A stretch of 64,000 nt of DNA from Takakia lepidozioides (GCA_030704615.1 CM060731.1:10230001-10294000); one strand, 5' to 3'. Counted from the first letter of the stretch, positions 37,456 through 51,154 are shown. Notes: generated by a model from the letters alone, not told the origin. Translations and numbers: made by a program.

Positions 37456-40019
37456 ATGCCAGGCTTAAAGACCCACAGACGTGACCTGAGCCATCAACAC
37501 AGCCCAATACGTTGTATATACTGGAATGTACGATCAATCAGTGGAAAAAAGAATGTGAAACGTCTACGGGAATACATCACTCAGAAACAGGTAGCTCTCT
37601 TGCCTGATTGATTGTGGTAGAATTCTACCTAAATGGGCACTCAGGTGTTCAGCGATGAAAATGTCACTATAAACTTAAATATATATATGTTAGATCCTCA
37701 ATTGTCTCACATTTGTAACCTTGAGCTTGCTGCACGTGTACCAAATCATCTCTAATTCAAACATGTGAGGGTGGCCTTAATCATGTCAGGTGGATCTGCT
37801 CTTTCTATCTGAGACATGGCAACGGAAGGACCAACCTCTTCCCATTTTGCCGGTAAGAACTGCACCATTGTGAAAACTGAATTTTTGTACATGATCAAAT
37901 TTTACACAAAATTCACAGAGAATGCATGAATTTTATGGGCTTTGGACAAGCTAAATGTAACCCCGTGTGCAGTGAAAATTATGAGCATAATCAGTGCTGA
38001 ATCCAAGTTCACAAATTCAAATGCTTTGCATTGTTTTATAAATTCTGGATCCAGGGCTACGGCCTCATATCGTGTATGAGTGACCCAGCTGGGGGCAGAG
38101 GCGGCGTTGCTTGCTACTTCAAGCAAAATTTTGAGCCATATATCTCTCTTTACAAGACAGACCCCAGCGGACATTACTTCTGGCTAAAACTAGACAACGC
38201 CATTGGGTTGGAGAATGACTTATATGTAGCAGTGTGTTACTATCCACCGAAGTCCTCCACTGCCTACAAGGGGCGCAACAAACTAGATGAAGGCTTCCCT
38301 TTTGGAAATTTGAAGAAAGACATCACCGATTTCAGAAAGAACGAAAGCACCAATGATTTTACTGTCGTTGGAGATTTTAATAGTCGTGTAGGGGATGCCC
38401 AAACCCCCGAGGCTTTTAGGCACGGACTTTCCCGCGAGTCTGCAGACAAAAAGACAAACCAATTTTGCTCCTCACTTCTGGACATTTGTACTGCGAACGA
38501 TCTCATAATCTGCAATGGCGTCACTCAGGTACTAAATAAGCTACAATAACTGAAACCTTCCAATGTCAAGTTGACCCTCCCTATATAATGAGGGTCATCT
38601 CTCTCAGTGTAGAGATGTAGGTGTCTCCACAATGTTTAAGAGTTTAAAATGCCTTGTGCAGTCCTTGTGGTGGATCCCTTAAGCTAGCTTGGGCCCAGGC
38701 TAGAACTTTTCATGTGCATGTTTTCAAGGATTCACATGTGTTTGTTCTAGGTGTGGCCAAAATCAGGAGAGACAACGTGCCGAAATAGGAGCGTAATCGA
38801 CTATATTTTGGCTCCTGTATCAAGAGCCCGCTATCTTGTAAGAGATATTGACATCCTTCCCTTGGAGAAAAAGTCAGACCACAACGCCATCAACTTCACT
38901 TTGAGAAGACCAAGAGATCTCCAGGCTAAGATCCCACCGGGATATGCTCTGAAGATACCAGATGAACAACGTAACCTGGCTCAAATTGGGGATGAGGCTC
39001 GCAACCAAAACTTGAAATTACTCACCGAAGTCTTCAAGAGACATCAAGCTCCGGGAGAAAGTGACAAGCCTAACTCTGGCTTTAAGAATCTTCAAGTAGG
39101 AAACTTATTGAATGGTGATCTCAAAAGGAGCACTAGTCCAGTCAAGCTTGAGACTACTCCTGCAGGGTGTGCATACCCCAATCGTGTAGATTACTCTATT
39201 CCTCCATCGACAACTGGTGTGCAAAATCAGTATGACGCGATAAACGCAATACCATTTGAAGATATGAGTTGGAGCGAGTTGTTGTCCCATTACAAATATG
39301 GTAGGACGACTCTGCCGGAGCCAGAGAGATCGGTAGGCAGTGAAGAGCGAGAGCGAGATGTCCCTAAAGAGGTCACTATTGTCCTGGAGACTGGCGAAGA
39401 GCTCGTGCGTTCTCGCGAAGATAGTGCGAACTTGGACGGCCCAGTATCCTCTCCTACGGTCCCCCTTGTGAAATCAAATATAGAGGATACTTCTGATCAG
39501 AGTTCTGCGGAAGCTCCACATTACCGTCCCGAGTCCGGGCCAGCCGCATGGGTGGAGGCAAAAACATCTCGTCTGCTCAACAGAATCTTGGCGGATGGTT
39601 TGGGTCCGAATCGGCACCAGAAAGCCGAAGGTATCCCTGGCCATCCCAGTTTTTGGTCAGACAAAAAGGGGTTTAAGACGACCTGTCGCGATTGTGCATC
39701 TCTATCTCACCGGCCAGTATCCCTGGCCATTCCTTTGCTCGACAAACCCTTAGACGATGGTATTCGGGCCAAGGAAAGCTGTACCTACAGATACGACAGC
39801 AAAGGCGATCACCTATCCATCTTCCAGTTACAGTCCTATTCGGGCCGAGGACCATCTAAATTAGCTCATGGAACTTTGAGTGAACTGAGGAACTGGAGGA
39901 AACTCAATATCGCTGCTAGCTATGACCTGCCCCTTTCTTTTTCGTACGAGAGAGCATCAACGATTCTCAGTTTCCGCCCAGTAATTCAGACCTCTCCTCG
40001 AGCCGAGGCCGTAAGGTGA
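37456..40019 (+). CDS. Spliced LINE-type APE/EEP endonuclease with a long non-RT C-terminus (646 aa): exons 37456-37590, 37790-37852, 38055-38528, 38751-40019
   Basis: Motifs IYWNVRS, DLLFLSETW, GGVA, YYPP, GDFNS, SVIDY and SDH join in frame across three phase-0 GT-AG introns, with no stops. Confidence 0.82.
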
Positions 40020-43000
40020 CTTACACACACCTCAAAACCTCTAAATAAATACTTCTAGCTCTAGATCTTTACAAAGTTTTATCCATGGATAGCGATCTTG
40101 AAGTTGCTGTGCTCGCAGTTACTCATCAACTAATTACTAATTGAGATCCACAAATGGTACTCTGGAGCAATTATGAAGTTGACGAAGCTTCGTCAACTTC
40201 AGAGAAGCTTACAAGCACAAGAACGGTATACGAAAGAAAATGGAGATTTAAGAGAGGGAAAAGCTCGAGAAAACAGCAGTAGTACACTTAGTTTTGCTGG
40301 AGATTGAGCTTTCAGCTGCTTGAGCTGTGGTTCATTTGCAGAACCTGAAACTGACTAACTCCACTACTCTTTCTTGGATCTGGTTTGTGCAGATTTTATG
40401 AGCGATCTGACATCTGTCAAGGAGTGATTGTGGATGGCCCAAGCTTGAACACTCATAATTTATGGGCCTCAATGGTCCGACCGCAGATTTCGGCCTGGTC
40501 TCGGCCTACTCGTAAAGACCAAGTTGGAGGTGGCCGGGTGGATCATCCACTCAAAAGCAATAACACAGGTGCCATGGCAATCTTTGCAGACGCCGCTAGC
40601 TCCCCATCTATGTTTCGAAACTTGAAATCTCGCCTCATGCCTGGGAGACTTTGCTTCCAAAAGTCTATGATCCAGTTAAAGATAGGTCAAAAACTTGTTA
40701 GAGCAATTCTTTGATGGTGCCAACACCTCATGATTTAAGGACTCTAGATGACACGTAGAGTATCAGCGAGCTACCAAAGCTTGACACAATATGTATATAT
40801 CAGATCATCCTGCAAGTGAGCACTGTTCAAAGGTACAAGGAGTATGATTTCATCTCAGGGCTGGGAAAGTAAAACATTGAGACCATTCAACTCAAGCACA
40901 TGTCATGACTTCGTCCAGTGCACTGTGGAGCACTCTAATGATAGGTTAATAGTGCAGCTTTCATGTCGATGTAGCACTACTTCAATTTTCCATCTAAACA
41001 AGTAGAAGTTCAGAAGTCCAGAAAGTGGTCATATCTGAACATTGTGAGCTCGCACGGGATGTGACCTACAGTGCTAAATGTAGAGGCCGTTGCAAGAGGA
41101 TTAATGGAGAAGACTGATGCTTCACTACAGTTCCACTGAGTACTCAGTACCCATTCTTCTGATCATCCTTCAAGCTGCTCGTATACGAGATTCTGAAAAT
41201 AGAGAAAGAACTAAGTACAAATCTGTCGTCTGGAAAGCACGACGAAAACATCTTGAGAGTCCAGGGACTGACCCGACGTGGAGCAAGTTCCGTCCAAAAA
41301 ACGGACGCCGTCGCCCAGAAGACAGTTATAACTGTCCGACGGAGCGCGACGGCGCGCCGGCAAACGCCGTTCAGCTGGCAAGGCCTGCGCGCGCTGCGTC
41401 TGTGCCTGTCTCCGAGGTCGGTGTGCTCCACTGCGCCTGTGTTGCTCAGAGAGTTTTCGCACATTCGAGATAGCGTTGAGAGAGAGAAATTGGGTGTTTG
41501 AGACAGGAAAAACTGGCCACTTGAGAGAGGGGCGTTGGCTGTCTAATCAATCATGGAGAGCATACAAATGGCAGACGAATCCAAGCTAATTTATGCACTT
41601 TAAGAGGCTTCGACTAGATTCAGATAGCAGGTTGCTGAAGGATAGAAGTTGGGTCTTCCAGTGTCTTACCCAGCGGAGGCGATTAAGAGTCGAACTTGGG
41701 GAGGTTCTGAGCCATAAGGAATAACACAGCTGCACGGGGGACTTGGTTGCAGTAGGGACAAGGAAGCCAAAAACTGGTCCAGTATAAGTCTAGGAAGGGG
41801 ACCGGCAGTCAAAGAGGAGTGGAAGGAGGGCTAAAATTAAGGGATAATCTGTAGTTTAAGAGAGATGGCGCCCAAAAAGGAGCAGTTCAACGGTTATACG
41901 TTCCAGGAGCAGCAGGATGCAAGCAATGTGGTCTACAAAGACTCTCTGGACAATGGCAGTGAGAAGAGGGGGCAGATGTCGGCTCCCTTGTCAGCCCCGA
42001 AAAATCCCAAGGTGAAAGTCGGGGAGAAAAGAAATCCAGTCAGTAGCCGTGGTGAGGAACGCATACCTTGGCGATGAACCCGGATTGAGATGTCTTAAGT
42101 GATGGTGGGCTTTGTTTCAGATTCAGTGATCGGTCAGCGGGACTACGAAATAGTCTGATATCATGTAGTGATGGTCACGTTCCCACACAAATGGGATAGT
42201 CTTTTTTTCGAACCTGAAACATTACAAGGGTCAATTCTCTTCATGCATTGATTTCTTGGAGCAAACTGTTGAATCAGTGATCGATGTTGTTCAAGTGGGA
42301 CGTTTCAGTGTGTGTAGGTCGGACCTTTAATGATCACGACACTGCCAAATCGATCACTAAGTGTTGAACTCTTGAAAAACAATCATTTTGTCAAAGAAGC
42401 TCAATTGTTTTGTACATAAAAATATGCAATTGAAGAAATCTTTGGTCAACAAAAGCTTGGGGGATGCCAGAAAGAGGCAAGTGCAAGATGGAGGAGACAG
42501 AGATTAGGGAAAGGAAGATATAAGAAAGGGAGCATTATATAGGTGCAAGGAGAAATGAAATGAAAAGAAGAGAGGTGCAAGGAGAGAAATAAACACGTTT
42601 ACAATACAATGGCTTGTCCTCTTGAGCGAATGGTTTGTTTTCAAGAAAGAGAAGGGAGGGGTGGGGGAAGGCAGCAGGTCCTTCAACCGGTAAAAAATTG
42701 AGCTCCTCACTAGTGTTTTCATTACAGGCATACTGTAGCTACGTAGCTACCCCCCCCCCCCAAAATGAATTTTCCCTACAATCAAAAGCTTCAAAGTAGC
42801 CATCGGATCAGCCTCCCCAAACTGCAATCCCATTTCCTCAAGGATTGTGAACATTTACTGTCTATTCATGCTTGTGTCTTCCAAAGGCTGTAGAGAGTGC
42901 ATATAAACAGAAGTGCATCCCCTGATGTGCAATAATGTGCTTTATCCATAGTTTCAACTCTTCTTCTACCTCATCATTGTGTGATTTAGCAGCAGGTGAT

Positions 43001-44747
43001 GGCTTGCATCTGCATGTGGCCTGAGTTAGTTTTGACAATCTGCAAGTCTAATATTCAACCTGCCACCTCATCTACACATTTCCTCACTAGGTCAGTTCCT
43101 CACTCAAGCATGGCTGACGTGCCTGTGGATTCCCCAAAATGTTTGGTCATTCACTTCATAAGGAACCTCGGGGAACAAAGCTTGGGTATTCCTGTTGAGG
43201 ACACTAGCCCACGTGGTTGCCAGCCCATTTGCACTAATGTTTGCATTGTCATAGCCGTCATCCTCATCATAACCAACAGCCCCAGAAATTTCAGCAATTG
43301 CCAGGGCACCATCACTCTCTAGTCCCATCTCCTTCTGTCTCATGGATGAACTCCATGATACACTGGTTGTATAGTCTTTTCACTGGGCGTTCCAGAGAAG
43401 ATAGTGTGGGCTAGTTCAGGCCCTCGGCTGGTCACAAACACATTCCACACACTTCCAGCCAAACGGTCCAGAATAGTGTCCAAACTTTTTAACTCAACAA
43501 TCAATCACATTGAGCTAGGTAACATGCCAAGATCTGGAACCCATCACTAGCCTCATCTGAGTTGTTGATAGATTCTTCAGTCAACAACTAGAATTCTTGA
43601 TTTCTTTCATTTCCTCATATTTCTCCATCTTAGGGTTTGTTTCAAATGCAAACAACTGAATTCAAGTGGATACCTCATAGACGGTGTATAGTTAGAAAAT
43701 TCATATGTGCTTGATCACAACCCACTTGTGCAAAGAACCAGCAAGTGCGCCAAACACCAAAAACCAAGGGGCTAGTGAGCCTCCGAAACATAAGGCACGA
43801 ATCCAGGTAGCCACAGAACCAATCCAAAACATCACAAGGGCCACATTACGAGCGAAGCTGAGTGTGAAAGAAATAGAAGAGAGAAACTCGAACTGAATGG
43901 AGCCATGATCTCAAGCAGCCGAGTGTGTTAAAGAACCCATCAACATACGACTAGGAGGACACACAGACAGAGAGGAGAGCAAACCCACGTTACAGAGCAA
44001 GTGACTAGGATCAACGAGGTTTAAATGCATGCACTGTGAACACAGCATCTGGACGAAGATATCCTGTTTTTGGTAATTCACTGGAAACATGTGTCCCATA
44101 TCTTTTGAACCCGCTCACATACAGCAGCAGCAACTACATATAGCATGGCCTGACATAGACGTTCGGGCCACTCGCACTGACATCGCAGTAGCGTAGCGGC
44201 TCAACGGAGAATGAATATGCCGAAGCTGTACATTAGAGATGCAATGGAAGCATAGATGATCCTTTTGAAGTTGCAACTTTATTGACGTTTCAGATCAATT
44301 CGGTGTGCTGGTTCCTGTACATGCTTAGACATAAGAAGAACCCGATCGGGACTGTGAGCAGGTTACACTGCTTGAAGGCTTCTTGTGATGGGCAAACAAT
44401 ATGGGATAACTCTGCTTCTCCACAGAATGAATACAGCTATGTCAATCATAATTGCTAACAGAAAGGGCCACAAGGACTTTTATCCATTTGAAAATTAAAT
44501 CTCATGTTCTGTGTCAGGCAAGTTTACCTCCTGACATAATTCGGCTTTGCTTATAGGATCACCATTGTCCATGGCTCAAGAAAATTTGTAGTGACATAAC
44601 ATGTTATGAGTCATGCCTAGTATCAACTGTGGATTTAAGAGGGTACTAAGAATTCTTCCTCTTCAAGAAAGAAGCAAGTAGGTTTTCCCTGCGGAGACTG
44701 GCTGCTGTGCTGAATTCAAACATGAAGTAGTCTCAAGCTGTGGGGTC

Positions 44748-47120
44748 TCAGAAGAGAGCCCGGAGCTTGGTCGCTTCAACTGCCATTTCTGCAAAGGTGC
44801 GGTCTTTTCGGTCCTGGTCTAGGTCCAGATGCTCTGCCAGCTCCTTCTCCTTGTCGTCCATCTACAAGCATACACAATTTCCAATGTGCTGAGTTTTAGT
44901 GGAAATGGACATGTTCATATTGTAGAGTGTGAAAGGTTAATCTGAGTACATGATGTAGAACCAGATAATAAAGTAAAGGAGCTTCCGCTGTCAGTGGTAA
45001 GATCATTACCACATCATAGACTTCGTCGTTATTCTTAAAGTCACCTCCCTTTCTGGGCAAAATGTGTACATGGACATGCGGCACCGTTTGGCCTGCTTGT
45101 GGACCATCCTGCAGTTAAAGCAGGTATGCACCCCCACATTAGTACCACCCTCAGCGGATTGTTTATGTAATCATCTCACAAGTAGGGACCTTAGAAGACG
45201 GCAACCTTCATGAAGTATGTGGCTGGATCAGCTTGACTGGACCAGTTTCTTACTATCTCAAATACGTCCTGTTTGATGGAAGGTTACAGCAGGCCAAGTG
45301 CAGGCCACAACTTGGATGCTTGTTGGCCTACAATCTGTGGAAGGGTCAGGTGATGCCGCAGAGCTCCAAACCCTGCAGTAGAACCTAAGAGTGGCCTCTG
45401 TTGGAGTGTTTGTTCACTTCGGTGTAACTAGTGCTCCCTGAATAGCAAGTTGGATACTTGCTATTCATGTCATGACAGAAAGGTTCAGATACAAATAGCA
45501 AGTTGGACACTTGTTAGAGATGCACATACCTGTTAGTCATGACAGACAGAGGAGTTAAGATAGGAATAGCACTAGGACTTCAAATAGAAATATCTAAAAT
45601 TTAGGTCTGTGTATTTAAGTAGGCATGCAGGCCATTCACTCTCTGAAATGAATCGAGTCTCCCCTGTATGAAGTGTGAAACTTGTCTCTGTGTACATCAC
45701 TTGTATATTTGTGTGTATATTTGTGTGTGAAGTTAGAGTACTCATCATCTTTCCTCCTGTGAAAGTCCTCAAGCTAAGTGTGACCATGAGCTCTGCTGCA
45801 ACCACCAGCTCTGGGAGCTATTCAGGTCAACAGCCTCCTGGTGGGGGACAGACACTTACTAACTCTTGCTTTCATGCATTAGAAACAGCATGCGCTGACG
45901 GTGGCTCACAACAAGGATAAAATGAACATAAAGAAGATATCAGGGCTTAGAGAGACCGGGACCTGGATGGCAAAAGTCAAGGATGATGCCTTGAAAAAGG
46001 GCTCCAGCTTCTGCCCAATGCGCTTGGCAGTTAACCACAAGTCAGAAGCCTCCTCTGAAGTCAGGTCGAGGAATCGCGGTACCAATCTCCGAGAAGCCAC
46101 CAGCACATGTTTGGTGTCTAAGTCAAGGCATCACACTCTGTCATACTCCCTGCTTTATCAACATCATAAACTCAACTTTTGCTACTGTCTCCCTTAGCAT
46201 CCTTTCACAAACCATTACTGTTCTTTGTTCCCTTATGGTTGCTGGACTTTCCCTGATAGATTTTGATCATGGATCAATCGGCATGCACGTCGTCCTGCGC
46301 ATGTAGCCACATGCTTTCTAAGCCTGCAATTACAATAGTGAGAGTTCCAAGTGGTCTATAAACACCCCCAATGTATGCATTGTGATGACTGGCAAGTTCA
46401 CTACAGATCCAGCTTGAAATTCAACTCTCCTTCCTGCCCAAAGGGAGTATTGAACAACATGGTCTGTCAAGATTGTCTTCACTACCTCAGGAGATGCAGA
46501 GGCTGTTTCCCCAGCAAATGCTGAAGTCTGTGCTCTATTCAGAGAACCTCTTAGTTCATGCATCATTATTACTGCATCTGGGTAGAAAGCCAGCACAGAG
46601 AAGCTGGGTCCTCCAAATACCCACATGCATGAACATGGAGGGGATATGACCTGCACCACATGCACACACACACAAAGAGGAGAACAAGTGTTCAGCTGTG
46701 CCGGTCTGACATCGAAACAAACAAGAACTTATCACCAACTTATAATGCCCTTTGACAACCATTGAAAGTGGTCAACAGTGCCAGTGCCACATCCTGTCAG
46801 TGGTGTCATCAGTGTGGACCACTATCATCGCTCTCTATGCATCTCCAAATGTCGTTGGAAAGAACTCCATGAATGATCATACACTTGAAGCAGGGAAAAT
46901 CGCAACAATAAACAAAGGTTAGAGAGGTCCCCCATACAAAAGAGAAACAATGGGAGCAACAGCCGAGAGAGAGCCTAAAAAGGAATAAAAGATAGGGTTC
47001 TGCCAATTTACCAGGAACAACCGGACGTAAATTGACGAACGCATATGAATGTGGCGTGACTACAAACACCTCACTCGCATCTATCTTGTACGATCCAAAG
47101 TAGAATGTCTCTTTCTCCAT
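44748..47120 (-). CDS. FHIT: Bis(5'-adenosyl)-triphosphatase, HIT family: exons 47120-47012, 46650-46648, 46108-45963, 45108-45010, 44861-44748; upstream exon(s) possible near 47310-47530
   Basis: [38 protein letters not shown] (HxHxH triad), [16 protein letters not shown]; exon phases are consistent. Confidence 0.93.
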
Positions 47121-48408
47121 CTGCCAACAAAACCGTATGTCTCTTTAGCAATCCAGCTGGGAAAAGAATCATGCCTCTCTGAACACTGAGCAGGTATAAA
47201 TCGGACAGCAACCAATTGAAGAAATACACCATTGAAAAGCCTAGTAAGAGTTTAACCATGTAACATTCACCGCCAGCCATTGCTCAGATGCCAAAATTTG
47301 CAGCAATCTACCCTACAAGCTGGTGGCTTGCAAGACTCGAATGGAGTTGCATTCTTTCGAAATCTAGCTGAAGTGTATGTTTCCTAAAGCACGTACCTTT
47401 GAAGACACCTCTAGCGACCCGTCGATAGTGCTCATTCTCAAGTTCCTGCTTGCTTTCGCCGCACGGAATCCACGCTGATCGCCGGTGCCACTGGAAAATC
47501 TTGTGGGAGACTCGTAACCCAACCAAGAATCTAGAAACATGAATAGAACAGTAAATGATTACGGATCCTCACACTGTGAAATGTCCCGAGCAGTCTAACT
47601 GGGATTGTTTCAAAACGAAGGAAGTGGGGAGAACTTCAATTGATTGTCATAGGAACGCTCTTTCTAGACCAACAAGTACCCCATCTTTAACCCTCCAACC
47701 ACAGAAGGATGTCCAAGTCCCAGCAACCAACGATGTCATCTTTCTACAGAGAAACTCCAGCAAACAAACCAGAAGCCCTCAATAACCCAACTGAGGCAAC
47801 TGCAGATGTACCTGGTGACAATGCAGCCCTCAGCGTAAGACGTCGACACACCCAGGAGCAAATCTTTTGAGGGCCAGGCGATGGTGATCCCTCACAGCGA
47901 GCTGACAAACAGCGTACTGAAGGTGGGCATCCGCAATTTGCAAGCCTTGCCAAGAACCCACAAATCGCAAACATGTCACACGCATCAAGACTCAAGAAAC
48001 AACAGATCGCACTTGTCCCGTGCGAGCAAGCGACTGCATAGGTATACGTATGTGTATATTAACTACATACGTATATATAGTATATCGTATGGATATACAT
48101 AGAGAACAGATTATGTAAAAAATAAAGCACTGCCAAAAACAGTTGTTTGTATTTATCGTGCCGTTAAAAAGCAGAATTCATGGGGGGTGGCGGAATGCCC
48201 CCCATCAGCTCCCTGGAGTGCATTCCGAAACGCAGAATGCACCGGCCATTAGATTTTCCTTAAAAAAATTGGCATTACTTTACGCAGGGTAATGGCCCTC
48301 GGGTTACCGCCCTCGGCATCAGGCCCTTAAATCCGGGAATGCCCTCCCTCACTCAGGGCATTACCCTAGACATAACCTCTTTAAAAGTAAGGGGAGAAGA
48401 TTCCAACT

Positions 48409-48476
48409 TGGTAGCAGGATTTGAATCGAGAATCACTTGTGTGGCACTTATTGCTCTATCCAACTGAGCTATTCAC
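48409..48476 (-). pseudogene. tRNA-derived sequence (tRNA pseudogene or SINE head)
   Basis: A-box-like TAGCTCAGTTGGATAGAGC and B-box-like GATTCAAATCC at tRNA-like spacing; anticodon arm and acceptor stem are degraded. Confidence 0.55.
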
Positions 48477-49694
48477 AATTGGTAAGCACAACTGTTACAG
48501 AAAACTAGGGCATCGCGCTGCTATGCACTACTAGTAACGACTTTGGGGAACAATGTCTAGGAATATGTATTGTGGAACAATCCCCCAAGGATCATTCCGC
48601 CTTGCCAATAACACTCACATGTTTAGATTTTGAGGAGCTCTAATTGGTCCAGCTAAATGAGTGACATCCAAGTATAAATATGCTCATTTGTGTTCTTGTT
48701 CATCAAGGTAATCAACATGTGGTTGCTTCACATAGGGGCCACCCTTGAAAAAAGGCAGTAGCTGCAAGGGGAAGTGGCTGTTAGTTACGCCGGCTCTGGC
48801 CGGAGTCCTCTTCTTCTAGTTGCTTCAGCCTCTCATTGCTTGATAATAGCAATTCAATTCAATGCGGGCATGTGTGGTTGCGGCGGGGCCCGCATGTGAG
48901 AGAGGGAGATGCGAGGGAGGGGGAGTTTGTGTTTTTTTGCCCACTACCCGACGGGCTCAGTCTGCTCAGCTGAGCCCGCGGGGGCAAACCAGTCTGTTGG
49001 GGTCCACAAACACATCATAAAACATTAATTTTTTGGAGATGTTACAGAAAGCAGCGGTAGTGTGGTGGTAAAGAGCAACTTATAATATGCATGCGGTTTG
49101 ATGATCGAATCATACTGTGGTGTGCCCATACAATGGAGAAGATGAGCGCACTCCTTCAGGAGTATAAGTCTCTCCGATGGAGTCTACCCACGTCCACTAG
49201 CAGCAGTTCCACCGCAACAGCATAGCAGTGCGCATTCTTCTGCATGGGTGCCCGTCGTAGCTGGGAAAATCGGAATCAAGGATGCGCAGGAGCCACGGAC
49301 TCCTCAGACCAAGATCGTCACCCCGCTCGAAGGCGTACTGGCCTGGGAGATACTCAAAAGCGGACAATGTTTCCACATTCGAACCAGTATCTTCTGTGTA
49401 ATCTGTGTACCAGATAACGATGTCTCCCGATGTGGCCGAATACATTGCATAATCGATGCCTCCATAAAGGCAGTCGTCCCGGTTCCGGAAGCACGACATC
49501 CTTGCAAAGGAGGACCTGAGGACGTCTTTGATGCCGATGACAATGACCTTGCGGATAGCAACGAAGCCCTTAGATTTTCGAAATGATGAGAAGCGGAAGA
49601 GCAGTGCGGGCTCCAATAATAGAGCATCTGGGTCACAAGTACCCACCAATCATCGTGTAACGTGTTCATCACGCCAGCGGTGGATGAACCGACG

Positions 49695-50775
49695 TACGGT
49701 ACCGCATTTCAGTTCCGATGTTTCACGATTTTCAGTCAGAAAGGAAATGCGGTGCCGCATTTCCGTCCCACAACTCCATGCCTCACATACAAAACGGAAA
49801 TGCGGCGCCGCATTTCCGTTTTGGAATGTCGGAAGGTGCGACTCCGACGGAAATGCGGTACTGCATTTCAGTTCCGATGTTTCCCGATTTTTTGTCAGAA
49901 CGGAAATGCGGTACCACATTTCCGTTCTGGATAGTATGAATGTCTCAAGCGGTCGGAATTGTGCTGTAGCTTTTCCGTCATTCGGCTCCATGCCTCAGAT
50001 ACAAAACAGAAATGCGGCGCCACATTTCCGTTCTGGAATGTCGGAAAGTGCGACTCGGACGGAAATGCGGTGCCGCATTTCAGTTCCGATGGTTCAGGAT
50101 TTTCAGTCAGAACGGAAATGTGGTACCGCATTTCCGTTCTGGAGAGTATGAATGTCTCAAGCGGTCGGAATTGCGCTGTAGCTTTTCCGTCACTCAGCTC
50201 CATGCCTCAGATACTAAACGGAAATGCGGCGCCGCATTTCTGTTCTGGAATGTCGGAAAGTGCGACTCGGACGGAAATGCGGTGCCGCATTTCAGTTCCG
50301 ATGGTTCAGGATTTTCAGTCAGAACGGAAATGCGGTACCGCATTTCCGTTATGGAGAGTATGAAGGTCTTGTGAGGACGGAAATGCGGTGCAACATTTCT
50401 ATCCCTCAGCTCCATGCGTCAGATACAAAACGGAAATGCGGCGCCGTATTTCTGTTCTGGTATGTCGGAAGGTGCGACTCGGACGGAAATGCGGTGCCGC
50501 ATTTCTGTTCCCATTGTTCATAATTCTCAATCAGAACGGAAATGCGGTACCGCATTTCCGTTCTACTTTCACATACCGTGCTTGCTGGATGGAAATGCGT
50601 TACCGCATTTCCGTTCTGGAGAGTAGAAAGGTTTCCCCCGGACGGAAACTCGGTGCCGCATTTCCGTCGCTCTGGTGCATGAGCAAGATGCAAAACGGAA
50701 ATGCGGCGCCGTATTTCCGTCCAGCAGCAATCGAAAGTATCACTCCGGACGGAAATCTGGAACCTCATTTCCGCA
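49695..50775. repeat. Palindrome tandem array C (about 53-bp spacing, 212-bp higher-order unit)
   Basis: CGGAAATGCGGYRCCGCATTTCCG repeated about 20 times; perfect 34-bp palindrome at 49790-49823. Confidence 0.93.
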
Positions 50776-51154
50776 TGCTGAACCTGAATGGGTTGCATTG
50801 TTCCGAAACAACACAATTGCGGCCAGTCTTGATGAGCACAACTTGGTTGTCTGACCGTTTTAACTAACAGTACTGGCACTTGTCAGTGCGAACGTTCCTG
50901 TCTACACCGAGAATACTGCTGGATCCACCCTCAGGAGAAACTGTCAGGAGATGTTATTTCGTCGCCGAATCGGCCATCATTGTCTAACTTACTGGCTATG
51001 GAATCACAGCTCCCACCTTCATGCATGTAGCTTGAAACAATACTTTCCACTTCAATGTGCGACTTCCAATCGTCGATGGACTTCGCATGGTGCATGTGAG
51101 CCTTGGTCTGTCGCTATACTGAACCTCGCACTTGCCAACTTCGTGCGGTCTTCG

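Noticed and set aside
41500-43650. Possible LINE or other TE remnants
   Set aside because: Too degenerate; no diagnostic motif identified.
49050-49125. Second weak tRNA/SINE-like A and B boxes on the plus strand
   Set aside because: The boxes are degenerate and no cloverleaf can be formed.
49695-50775. CRISPR-like appearance (palindromic repeats at regular spacing); same for 23.2-24.9 kb and 28.1-28.9 kb
   Set aside because: The spacers themselves repeat in higher-order units, there are no cas genes, and the context is eukaryotic.
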